Shown: positions 26,267-35,800 of the stretch, one piece after another
Layout of the letters: every line of letters begins with the position of its first letter
How positions within the stretch are numbered: the first letter of the stretch is position 1
Assembly: GCA_963702055.1 (NCBI GenBank)
Contig: OY969702.1
Location: forward strand, 1,912,301-1,976,300
Length of the DNA: 64,000 nucleotides
Direction of reading: 5' to 3'
Source of the DNA: an uncultured Solirubrobacterales bacterium
Lineage (GTDB): Bacteria; Actinomycetota; Thermoleophilia; Solirubrobacterales; 70-9
The notes under the pieces: generated by a model
Databases searched by the model: none
Told to the model about the DNA's origin: nothing
Seen by the model: the letters and a program-made list of their open reading frames with translations, nothing else
Position numbers and translations under genes: made by a program

Positions 26267-29200
26267 ATGCCAGCCACCACCCGACCTTCCGAGCGTTCCC
26301 AGGCCAAGCGCGGAGCGCTCACCGGTGCCGCCCTCAGCGATGAGGTCTTCGACTCCTCCACCTCCCTGCTGCGCCCGACACGGGGGACCAATGCCGTCAC
26401 CGGCCTCCAGCAGTTCTTCGCTCCGGGTGAGGCCGCCGAGCTGATCGCCGCGGTCAACGGCCGCTCACTCAGCACCCTCGACCTGACCGCAGGTGACGGC
26501 GCCTTGCTCGCCGGGGTCGACCGAGAGGTCCGCTTCGGAATCGAGATCGACGCCGACCAGGCAACCGACGCCCCCTACACCGCGATCCAAGGCGACGTGC
26601 AGCGCGCCTACCCGCTGCTGCGGCTGCTGGGAACCGAATTCCCCCGCCTTGCCTGCAATCCCCCTTTCGGGCTCGACTGGGCGCCGAACGGTCACCGCGA
26701 GAACTCCACGCTCGCCACCTGGCGGATGGCGAGCGCGCTGCTTGCCGACTCCGGCGCCGGCGTGTTCATCGCCGGGCGCGATCGCTTCGCCCGCGAGATG
26801 ATGCCGCGACCCGACGCCGCCGGCGTCTATGCGCTGATCGAGTGTGCCGACCTCTTCGACGGGGTGGAGTTGCCCTGCCTGATCGCCTTCTTCGTGGCGG
26901 CCGACAACGTCGCCTCGCCACGCGAAGGAGGGCCGCTGCGCCTTGAGGCAGCTCGCGAGGAGCTGGCGGGGCTCGCGGAGGAGATCACTTCTGAGCGACG
27001 CCGGGTCGGCGCTCAGGTGATCGACTTGCCGCGCTGCCCTTACCGCGCCTCGCTGATCGAGCGCTTCGAGACGGTCGGCAAGGAGCTGGCCCGACGGCGT
27101 GAGTCCGCGGCCTCTACCCGCCAGCGCCATGACCTGGCGCTTCGCGGCAACCGCATCTCGGCGAGGCCGAGTCCCTTCGCCCGCCTCGCGCTCGGCCAGC
27201 GTCGCGTGCTTCGCAACGTCGAGCGCCTCCACGGCCAGCCGACCACCTACTTCGCGCTGAACCTGCGCGAGTGGCGCCAGCTCTACTCCCTCGCCGCCGA
27301 GGACGTCTTGACCTTGGAGCCGGCGCTGCGCGAAGCGGTCGCCGCAGCGACCGTGGCGGCCGAGCAGGCGGTCTGTCCGCTCTATGAGGTCCGCCCCCAG
27401 CAACGACTCGCCTTCCTCGATGACCTCGACTCGATCCGTTGCATCGCGCCCGATCCCGAGCGCGGCTTTGAGGCGGGGGAGAGCTACCCGCTCGCGACCT
27501 CTAGCGACGTTCAGCTCACCCACGCCGAGCGGCCCCACCAGAAGCGAAACGGCGACGTTGAGATTCGCCGCTACGAACACGAAGCCAAGGTGCTGCGGGT
27601 CGAGATCGACGGGCACGTATTCAACGAGTCCGCAGCCGACGTCGCCTATCTGCTGGGTCACTTCGAGCTGCCCGATCCCGGCGACCTGGCGACTCGCTTC
27701 CCTGAGCAGGTTGAGTCGGCGCGCGGCGTGCTGCGCCGCCTCGCCGATCGCCACGGGTTCGAGTTCAAGCGCTCCGATGCCGAGGACTGGCAGCTCGAGG
27801 ATCTGGCTCGCCTCCTCGTCAAGGGCTCGGGGGTGTTGGGCTGGGAGCAGGGGGGAGGCAAGAGCCTCGGCGGGGCGACCCTGATCCACGCCCAGTGGGA
27901 GCGCGGCGCCGCCCGCAAGGGCCTGATCGTCTGTCCCCAAGACCTGGTGCCGCAGTGGAAGCGCGAGATCAAGCGCTTCTATGACGAAGAGCCAGAGCAC
28001 ATCACCACCCCCGCCCAGGCAAGGGCGGTGGCCCGCCACCTGCGCCACGGCGGCCAGGGCCTCTACATCACCCACTACGAGGTGCTCTCGCTACTGGGCC
28101 GCGTCGATGAACCGTTGCCGGTCACGGCGATCCGCTCCCCCTCGATCGAGGGGGAGGACGCCGAGCGCCTCGCCCTTGACTCCGAGGAGTTCTGCCCCTC
28201 CTGCCTCGCCGATCACCACGCGGGCTGGCAGAAGCAGAGCCCCTACGTCTGCGAGCGCTGCGCCTACGTCCACAAGCGCCTGCGCGTAAAGACCGCCGCC
28301 CACTACCTGGCCGGCGCCTTCCACGACGGGGTGATCGTCGTCGATGAGGGAACCCTCGCCAAGGGCAACGACAGCCTGCGCTCCAAGGCGATCCGCGGCC
28401 TTCGAGCCCGCCACCGCTACCTGCTCACCGGCACCCCGATCTCCAACTACGTAAACGACGTCTTCTGGTTGCTGTGGTGGACGCTCGGCAACGCATCGCT
28501 GCGCTTCCCCTTCGACTACGAGGGCGGGCGGGCGAAGTTCGAGGCCGACTTTTGCGTGATCGAGTACTTCCGAAAAGGCGGCCGCCGCGAGGGCCGCAAG
28601 GTGCTCCCCCAGGTCACCAACGTCTCGCGCCTTTGGCGCTTGCTCTCCGGCGCGATGGTGCGCCGCCGCAAGCAGCACATGGGGGAGCTGCCGCCGCGCA
28701 CCATGCGAACGATCGCCGCTCCGATGGGAGAGGCCCAGCTCGACCTCTACAAGTTCTGGCTCTCCGCTCAGAACTTCGAGCGCTACTTCGCCTGGCGCCA
28801 CCCCGAGCACCCGCTGCTCGAAGCGGGCCTGGTCGAGCGCTTCGCCGCCGGCCTCGGCCAGCTGACCAAGCTGGAGTACGCGACGACCCTGCCCGAGGCA
28901 GACCCCGACCGCGAGTGGGAGGGGCTGGCCGAGCTGGCGCAATCCAACTGGACGCCGAAGAACCTCAAGGTTCTCCAGGTCGCCCTTGAGCACGTGAACC
29001 GCGGCGAGAAGGTGCTGATCGGATCGGACCTGATCGAGACCGGGCGCTGGCTATGCCAGCGGCTTTGCGAGAAGGGCGTCGACGCCACCCACATCGTCGA
29101 AGAGCGAGCGGGCCGGGCGGCGACGATGAATCCCCGTCGCCGCGCCAAGGCGATCGAGCGGTTCAAGACCGGCCCGACGCAGGTGCTCTGCTGCGGGATC

Positions 29201-29686
29201 CCCTCGATCCGCCTCGGCCACTCCCTGGAAGCGGCCTCCTGCGTGATCGCCAACGGGCTTGTTTTCTCCTATGAGATGTTCGATCAGTTCATCGCCCGCG
29301 CCTGGCGGCTCACCTCGCCGGGTCCGGTCTCCGTCTATGTGGCGCTGACGCTCGGTTCTCTTGACCCGAAGAAGTGGGAGCTGCTCTGTCAGAAGGCGAA
29401 GGCCGCCGATCTCGCCCTCGACGGGCAGCTGGTCGATGAGCCCGAGCAGCCGATCTCACGCGAGGAGTTCCTGCGCGAGCTGCGCCGCCAAGGGGTGAAG
29501 CCGAGCGGTGAGGAGATCGCCGAGGCCGACATCGAGGCGGCATGGGAAGCCACGGCGATGCTGGCGAGTAGCGCAGCTACGCAGCGGGCAACCTGCGGAG
29601 AAGGCGAGGGCTCTCAGCAGACAGTCGACTGGCACCGGGTCTCGGTGCAGGGCGCCGAGCAGCTCGATCTCTTCGCTGCGGCCTGA
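26267..29686 (+). CDS. Fusion protein: N6-adenine DNA methyltransferase-like domain plus SNF2-family helicase with an inserted zinc ribbon
   Basis: LDLTAGDGALLAG (motif I) and LACNPPFGLDW (motif IV NPPF). Helicase motifs GWEQGGGKSLGG, VVDEGTLAKG, LLTGTPISNYVNDVFWLLWW, plus a C-terminal helicase domain. Zinc ribbon CPSC..(17)..CERC. Confidence 0.85.
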   Translation: MPATTRPSERSQAKRGALTGAALSDEVFDSSTSLLRPTRGTNAVTGLQQFFAPGEAAELIAAVNGRSLSTLDLTAGDGALLAGVDREVRFGIEIDADQATDAPYTAIQGDVQRAYPLLRLLGTEFPRLACNPPFGLDWAPNGHRENSTLATWRMASALLADSGAGVFIAGRDRFAREMMPRPDAAGVYALIECADLFDGVELPCLIAFFVAADNVASPREGGPLRLEAAREELAGLAEEITSERRRVGAQVIDLPRCPYRASLIERFETVGKELARRRESAASTRQRHDLALRGNRISARPSPFARLALGQRRVLRNVERLHGQPTTYFALNLREWRQLYSLAAEDVLTLEPALREAVAAATVAAEQAVCPLYEVRPQQRLAFLDDLDSIRCIAPDPERGFEAGESYPLATSSDVQLTHAERPHQKRNGDVEIRRYEHEAKVLRVEIDGHVFNESAADVAYLLGHFELPDPGDLATRFPEQVESARGVLRRLADRHGFEFKRSDAEDWQLEDLARLLVKGSGVLGWEQGGGKSLGGATLIHAQWERGAARKGLIVCPQDLVPQWKREIKRFYDEEPEHITTPAQARAVARHLRHGGQGLYITHYEVLSLLGRVDEPLPVTAIRSPSIEGEDAERLALDSEEFCPSCLADHHAGWQKQSPYVCERCAYVHKRLRVKTAAHYLAGAFHDGVIVVDEGTLAKGNDSLRSKAIRGLRARHRYLLTGTPISNYVNDVFWLLWWTLGNASLRFPFDYEGGRAKFEADFCVIEYFRKGGRREGRKVLPQVTNVSRLWRLLSGAMVRRRKQHMGELPPRTMRTIAAPMGEAQLDLYKFWLSAQNFERYFAWRHPEHPLLEAGLVERFAAGLGQLTKLEYATTLPEADPDREWEGLAELAQSNWTPKNLKVLQVALEHVNRGEKVLIGSDLIETGRWLCQRLCEKGVDATHIVEERAGRAATMNPRRRAKAIERFKTGPTQVLCCGIPSIRLGHSLEAASCVIANGLVFSYEMFDQFIARAWRLTSPGPVSVYVALTLGSLDPKKWELLCQKAKAADLALDGQLVDEPEQPISREEFLRELRRQGVKPSGEEIAEADIEAAWEATAMLASSAATQRATCGEGEGSQQTVDWHRVSVQGAEQLDLFAAA

Positions 29687-29773
29687 GGCTGGGAATCGGT
29701 CATGGCCCAACGCCTAGCAGACCTCCTCCGCCCGGCTGCGCCGGGCTCCCCCGGCCCGCTGTTCGGCTTCGCC

Positions 29774-30049
29774 ATGACCGATTCCCAGCTACATAAGCCG
29801 AGTCCGAAGCAACTGCGCTACCTCAGGGATCTGGCGATGCGCGCCGGCGAGTCCTTCGCCTACCCCGCCACATCCGCCGAGGCCGACCGTGAGATCAAGC
29901 GCCTGCGACGCAAGCGGCGCACCCCCAGCGCGGATCGTCGCCGCGAAGTTGCGGCCGTGAGGCGCGACATGGCCGAAGGCGGCGGCGACGGCGCGAGAGT
30001 CAGACGCGAAGAGCTCTGCGGCTATGGCGCCAGCGCCACCTGGAGGTAA
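29774..30049 (+). CDS. Hypothetical small basic protein
   Basis: MTDSQLHKPSPKQLRYLRDLAMRAGESFAYPATSAEADREIKRL. Start choice is uncertain (29702 or 29774). Confidence 0.4.
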   Translation: MTDSQLHKPSPKQLRYLRDLAMRAGESFAYPATSAEADREIKRLRRKRRTPSADRRREVAAVRRDMAEGGGDGARVRREELCGYGASATWR

Positions 30050-30680
30050 TCCGGTGGCGGGCGCCAATGCAGTCGCGCAGATGAGCCTGCTGGCGGCGCC
30101 GGCCGAGGGCCCCTTGGAGGTGCCGATCTGTTGGACGGTCCTTCACAGCGGCGCCGACGCCCGCCTTGGGCCAAGGAGCCCTCACCCGATGTTTGCCCAT
30201 CGTCACGTCCCCGCGATGCCGGCGAAGCTTCGCGACGAAGCCGAGTGGCTGGCGGCACTTGACTTCGCGGAGGAAGCCCGCCGCTACAACCAGGCCCCTC
30301 GCGCCAGGCTCGATCTCTCCGGGCGCGACGGCGCCGGCTCCAACGGGCCGATCGGGCGCGGCGGTCCCGACGGTCTTTCGTTGATGGCCTCGGGGCGTGG
30401 AATCGAAGTCGATGGCCGCCTCACAACCTGGCCCCAACTCCTCGCCGGGCGCTCCGAACAGCGAGAGGTAGAACCCGAGGTGGCTCGCGCCCGCGACCTC
30501 GCCGAGGCCTACCACTACCTCGACTACTACGGGCACGCCTATCCCGAGCCGGCTGAGGGCGATACCTGGAGCCCGGTCGCGCTGATCGCCCGGATCGCCG
30601 CCGAGGCCCGTGCGCTGGGCGGTGACCCCACCCAACTCCAACCCCGTTCCCACTACATGCGAGAGGGACTTTCGCGGTGA
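30024..30680 (+). CDS. Hypothetical protein
   Basis: Only ORF evidence and codon bias. Start uncertain (30024, 30081 or later). Confidence 0.3.
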   Translation: MAPAPPGGNPVAGANAVAQMSLLAAPAEGPLEVPICWTVLHSGADARLGPRSPHPMFAHRHVPAMPAKLRDEAEWLAALDFAEEARRYNQAPRARLDLSGRDGAGSNGPIGRGGPDGLSLMASGRGIEVDGRLTTWPQLLAGRSEQREVEPEVARARDLAEAYHYLDYYGHAYPEPAEGDTWSPVALIARIAAEARALGGDPTQLQPRSHYMREGLSR

Positions 30681-30792
30681 GCGCTGCCGATTGGGCCGCG
30701 CCGATCCCTCCCGATGCTGGCACGGCTTCGCCGCGCGGTCGGTCGGCAACCGGCCCGGCAAAGCGGCTGGGCCTCGAATCGGAGGTCTTGAG

Positions 30793-31320
30793 ATGACGAT
30801 CGACCCAGGACGTTTCACGCGAGCAGCGATCCACTGCGAAGCGGGCGAGGTCGAGGTGCGACTCAGCACCCAGGGCAACTGGCAGCTGAATGTCCGCGAC
30901 GCCGGCGAGTCGGAATGGCGGCTTGCTTGCAGTGGCGACCTTGACGGCGGCGTGGTTTCCCCGCAGCGCGACTTGTCGCGCGAGCCGGTTCGGCTCGGCG
31001 ACCTGCTGCTCGACCGCAAAGGGCGCCGAGTCCTGGTCGGCGATGCGGAAGTGGCGCTGCAGAACCGTGAGTACGAGCTGCTGGTGATGCTCGCCTCCCA
31101 GCCCGAGCGGGTCTTCTCGATCGCCGAGCTGCAGCGAGGTGCCTTCGGCTACGTCGATGCGGTCCCCACCTCGCGCACCGTGGCGAGCCATGCCAGTCGT
31201 CTGCGGGTGAGGCTGCGCGAAGCGGGAGCCGCGGGTTTCGTCGTCAACTGCCACGGCGTCGGTTACAAGCTTTGGGGTGGGGAGCGCCTTGCGGATGCTT
31301 CGGTGCGGTCGGCGGCCTGA
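30793..31320 (+). CDS. Stand-alone OmpR/PhoB-type winged-helix DNA-binding protein (no receiver domain)
   Basis: ATG follows GGAGG. C-terminal LQNREYELLVMLASQPERVFSIAELQRGAFG...SRTVASHASRLRVRLREAG...VGYKLW. Confidence 0.6.
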   Translation: MTIDPGRFTRAAIHCEAGEVEVRLSTQGNWQLNVRDAGESEWRLACSGDLDGGVVSPQRDLSREPVRLGDLLLDRKGRRVLVGDAEVALQNREYELLVMLASQPERVFSIAELQRGAFGYVDAVPTSRTVASHASRLRVRLREAGAAGFVVNCHGVGYKLWGGERLADASVRSAA

Positions 31321-31345
31321 CGGTTGACCCGTCTGCTTTCCTATA

Positions 31346-31359
31346 CGAACAGGTGTTCG
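31346..31359. promoter_or_regulatory. LexA (SOS/Cheo-type) box CGAACAGGTGTTCG immediately upstream of imuB
   Basis: Perfect GAAC-N4-GTTC palindrome ending 2 nt before the GTG start at 31361. Confidence 0.65.
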
Positions 31360-31360
31360 T

Positions 31361-32575
31361 GTGGTTGCTTGTGTCCTCATTCCTCGCTTCGCGCTTCGGG
31401 TCGCCAGCGGTGATCGGCTCGATCGTCTCGCTGCGCTCGCGCCGGCGCCCGGTGAGCGACAGGTGGTGGGGGAGGTTTCTCGTCTCGCTGAGAACGAGGG
31501 GGTTAGCGCCGGAATGGCCCTCGGCGAGGCCCTCGCCCGCTGTCCCTCGCTGCGACTCGTGGCGGCCGATCCGGCCCGCGTCGCCGAATCCTGGGAGGGA
31601 TTGTTGGTGCGGTTGGAGGGAATCGGCGCCGCGGTGGAGTCTGAGCGCCCCGGCGAGGCCTTCTTCGCGATCGACGGATTGCTGGGGATCCACGGCGGCG
31701 AGGTGGCGGGAGTCCTCGCGGCGGCGCGGGGGGCGACGGGAACGTCGGTGCGGATCGCCGCCGCCCCCACTCGCTTCGCCGCCTTTGCCGCCGCCCACAG
31801 AGGGTCGCGCCTGCCCCGTGGACTCTCGGGGTCAGGCGGGGCGGCGATCATCCCTGCCGCTGCGCTCGCCAAGTTCCTCGCTCCCCTGCCGGTCTCGGCG
31901 CTTCGGACCCGGCTGGGCCGCGAGCGCGAGGCTGTCGAGCTGATCGCCTCCCTGCGGCGGCTCGGGCTCGCCAGCCTCGGGGCACTCGCGGCGCTCCCTG
32001 CTTCGCAGGTCGCCGATCGCTTCGGCCCGCTCGGGCTGGCGGCGCTTCGCCTCGCCCGCGGCGAAGACGAGCCGCTGCGTCCGCGTTCGCCGCAGCTGGA
32101 GCTGGTTGCGGAAGTGGAACTGCCCGAGGGGATCGCCGGAAACCAGCTCGACCGCGCTCTCGAGCTGCTGGTCGAGCGCTTCCTCGCCTCCCCCCGGCGG
32201 CGGGGGAGGACCGTGTTGGCGCTTCGTCTCGGTGCACCGTTTTGTGACGGAGGGAGTTGGAGCGTCGATCAGGGGCTGGGTCGACCGACCGCTTCGGCTC
32301 AGACGATCACCGCGCTCCTCATCCCGAAGCTGGAGGCCCTGCCCCGGCCGGTGACGGCGTTGCGACTGCGGGCGCTCGCCCTGGGGCCCCCGGCCAGCGA
32401 TCAGCTCGCCTTCTCACTCGGCGGGAGCGAGTCCCGGCGCCGACGCCTCGCGGCGGCGGTGCGCGAGGTCCGCGCGGCGGCGGGAGCCGAGGCGCTGCTC
32501 AAGGTGATCGACGCCGAGCCTCGCTCCCGCGTCCCCGAGCGCCGCCTCCTGCTCACTCCCTATCCCGACCGATGA
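31361..32575 (+). CDS. imuB: ImuB-like Y-family polymerase homologue
   Basis: MVACVLIPRFALRVA...GEAFFAIDGLLGIHGG. Position directly upstream of dnaE2; SOS box. Confidence 0.8.
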   Translation: MVACVLIPRFALRVASGDRLDRLAALAPAPGERQVVGEVSRLAENEGVSAGMALGEALARCPSLRLVAADPARVAESWEGLLVRLEGIGAAVESERPGEAFFAIDGLLGIHGGEVAGVLAAARGATGTSVRIAAAPTRFAAFAAAHRGSRLPRGLSGSGGAAIIPAAALAKFLAPLPVSALRTRLGREREAVELIASLRRLGLASLGALAALPASQVADRFGPLGLAALRLARGEDEPLRPRSPQLELVAEVELPEGIAGNQLDRALELLVERFLASPRRRGRTVLALRLGAPFCDGGSWSVDQGLGRPTASAQTITALLIPKLEALPRPVTALRLRALALGPPASDQLAFSLGGSESRRRRLAAAVREVRAAAGAEALLKVIDAEPRSRVPERRLLLTPYPDR

Positions 32576-32817
32576 GCGCGGCCCGGCGGATCTATGCGCC
32601 GCGGCCGGTCGCCGTCGAGAGCGACGACGACGGCTCTCCCCGAGCGCTCGACGGTGTTGGCGTCGAGGCGATCCGCGAGGAGTGGGTGGTCGAGGATCGC
32701 TGGTGGACCGAGCGCCCTCTGCGCCGTCACTATTACGAGCTGGTCTTGGTCGACGGCCGCAACGTCACCGCCTTCCGCGACCTGCGCAGCGGGCGCTGGC
32801 ACCGCCAGGCGGCCTGA
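32572..32817 (+). CDS. Small conserved protein between imuB and dnaE2 (DUF6504-like, from memory)
   Basis: ATGA overlap with the imuB stop. ..IREEWVVEDRWWTERPLRRHYYELVLVDGRNVTAFRDLRSGRWHRQ. The stop overlaps the dnaE2 ATG by 1 nt. Confidence 0.55.
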   Translation: MSAARRIYAPRPVAVESDDDGSPRALDGVGVEAIREEWVVEDRWWTERPLRRHYYELVLVDGRNVTAFRDLRSGRWHRQAA

Positions 32818-35800
32818 TGACCGCCACCGCCCCCTACGTCGAGCTGCACGCCCACTCGGCCTTCTCCTTTCTCGACGGCGCTTCGACCCCGACCGAGCTT
32901 GCCGGGGAAGCGGCGGCGCTTGGTTACCCCGCCGTGGCGCTGACCGACCACGACGGGGTCTGGGGGTCGATGGAGTTCGCCCACGCCTGCAAGGGGCTGG
33001 GGGTGCGGCCGATCACCGGGGCGGAGCTGACCGTGGGATTGGGAGAAAGCGAGCCTGAGCTTGCCCACCTGACTCTCTTGGTCGAGTCGGCGACCGGTTA
33101 CCGCAACCTCTGTCGGCTGCTCACCGAGGCGCACTCCGGCACGCGGGAGGGCGCCCAGCGTCGCGCCGGACAGCCCTGGGTTCCCCTGGCGGCGGTCAAG
33201 GAGCGAGCCGAGGGGTTGGTCTGTCTGACCGGCTGCGCCCGCGATGGCGTCGTCGCCGGCCGCTGGGAGCGCGGCGAGCGCTCCGTGGCGGCGGCGCTCG
33301 CTCGTGAGCTGTTGGGCGCTTTCGGAGCGGAGCGGCTGCGGGTCGAGTTGCAGCGCCCCTACGAGCGCCACGATCGCGCCCGCAACCGCTGGCTCGCCGG
33401 GCTGGCCGAGCGGTTGGGAGTTCCCTGCGTGGTGAGCGGCGACGTCCACTGCCACGCCCGCTCGCGCTCGCGGCTGCAGGATGCCTTCGTCGCCGTCCGC
33501 AACGGCGTCGGGCTGGAGGAGTGTGAGCCCTTGCGCCGCGGCAACTCCAGTTCAGCCCTCGCCTCGCCGCAGGCGATGGCCGAGCGCTTCGCCGAGCACC
33601 CGGAGGCGGTTGCCGAAAGCGCGCGGCTCGCCGAGCGGCTGCGCTTCGACCTCACCGAGGAGCTGGGCTACCGCTATCCCGGCGCCGAGGACTCCGGCGC
33701 TGAGCGCAAGCTGGCCGAACTCAGCCGAGCGCTGCTGGCTGAACGCTACGCCGGCTCATCCGATCGGCCCGAAGCCGAGCGGCGCTTGGAGGAGGAGCTG
33801 GCGGTGATCCGGGGGCTCGGCCTCTCCGGCTTCTTTCTCCTCCACCGCGACTTGCTCGAGCTGGCGCGCGAGGTCGCGGTAGAGGTGCGGGGACCGGACT
33901 CGGCGCGCGCGATGCTGGCGCCGGGACGGGGGCGGGGCTCCAGCGTCAGCTCGATCGTCTGCTACCTGACCGGTCTCTCCCACATCGACCCGGTCAAGGC
34001 CGACCTCTTCGCCGCCCGCTTCCTCAACGAGGAGGTAACCGCCCTCCCAGACATCGACCTCGACTTCCCCCGCGACATCCGCGAGAAGCTGATCCCCGCG
34101 GTCCACCGCCGCTACGGCTCCGAGCACTCCGCGCTGGTCGCCGCCTTTCCCACCTACCGCCCGCGCGGCGCGGTGCGCGACCTCGGCAAGGCGTTGGGGT
34201 TGGCGGCCGGGGAGATCGAGCGGGTCGCGCGGATGGTCGGCTTTCACGGCGAGGCGGGGGAGATCGAGCGCCACGTCATCGAGGCGGTCGGGCGCGAGCG
34301 TGCCCGATCGCCGCGTTGGCGCTCGCTGGTCGCGTTGTGCGGGGAGGCGATCGGGCTGCCCCGCCATGTCTCCCAGCACCCGGGCGGGATGGTGATCTCG
34401 ACCCGGCCGCTGGTCGACGTCTGCCCGGTGGTGCCGGCGGCGATGGCGGGGCGCCAGATCGTCCAGTGGGACAAGGACTCCTGCGCCGACGCGGGCTTTT
34501 TGAAGATCGATCTGCTCGGGCTGGGAATGCTTTCGGCGGTCGAGCGCTGCGTCACCGAGATCGAGCGGGTGCGGGGCGAGCGGGTCGACCTCTCGCGCAT
34601 CCCCCACGACGATCCGCAGACCTTTGAGTCGATCCGGGCGGCGGAGACGACCGGCGTCTTTCAGATCGAGAGCCGGGCGCAGATGCAGATGCTGCCGCGC
34701 ACCCTGCCCCGCGACCTCGACGACCTCACCGTGCAGGTGGCGCTGGTGCGGCCCGGCCCGATCCAGGGCGGCGCCATCCACCCCTACATCGAGCGCCGCA
34801 AGGCGCTGCGCGAGGACCCCGGCTTCGAGGTCCCCTACGAGCACCCGCTGCTGGAGCCCGTGTTGAAGGAGACGCTGGGGACGATCGTCTTCCAGGAGCA
34901 GGTGATCGAGGTGGCGATGGCGCTGGCCGGCTTCTCGGCCTCAGAGGCCGAGGGGCTGCGGCGGGCGATGAGTCGCAAGCGCTCGGAGGCGGCGATCCGC
35001 TCTCACCACGAGCGCTTCTGTGCCGGGGCGGCGAAGCGCGGTGTAGCGGCCGAGGTCGCCGAGCGCGTCTGGCTCCAGATCCAGGGCTTCTCCGGCTTCG
35101 GCTTCCCGAAGGCGCACTCCGCTGCCTTCGGCCTGCTCGCCTACCAATCGGCCTGGCTGCGCGTCCACTACGGGGCCGAGTTCCTCTGCTCGCTGCTGAA
35201 CGAACAGCCGATGGGCTTCTACCCTCCCGACGCGCTGATCCACGAGGCCCAGCGGCGCGGGGTGAGGGTGGCGGCGGCCGACGTCAACCGCAGCGCCGTG
35301 CTCTGCGCGGTGGAACGCCGCCGCGGCGGGCTCGCGGTGCGGATCGGGCTCGCTTACGTCAAGGGCGTGCGCTCCGAGGAGATGGAGGCGCTGGTCGCCG
35401 AGCGGGCGCGCGGCGGCCCCTACCGGGGCATCGCCGACCTCGCCTCGCGCTCGGGCGCCGGCCGCGATGGGCTGGAGCAGCTGGTCTGGGCCGGGGCGCT
35501 CGACGGCCTTCCCCTGGAAGGGGGCGAGTCGAGCGAGCGCCGCCGCGAGGACTCTTGGCGACTCGGCGTCGCCGGGACCGCGCGGGGGGCCGATGGCGCC
35601 AGGCAGCTCTCCCTGCCCCTCGAGCCCCCGCCCGCGCCGGGGCTCTCGCCGTTGGGGCGCTGGGAGAGGGTGATCGAGGACTACCGCGCGACCGGGGTCA
35701 ACCTCGGCGAGCACCCGCTGGCCCTGTTGCGAGTGGCGCTGGGCGAGGGCGTCATCTCCAGCTCGGGGCTGGCGCGGATCGAGGACGGCGCCGCGGTTGA

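Noticed and set aside
26465-28075. 536-aa antisense ORF inside the methylase/SNF2 gene. Similar long antisense ORFs occur at 38274..40088, 54357..56489, 19366..20475, 33756..34844, 30421..31872 and 21403..22488.
   Set aside because: All are Arg/Gly/Pro/Ala-rich, lack recognisable motifs, and lie opposite or out of frame to genes with clear conserved motifs. They are typical stop-codon-poor shadow frames of high-GC DNA.
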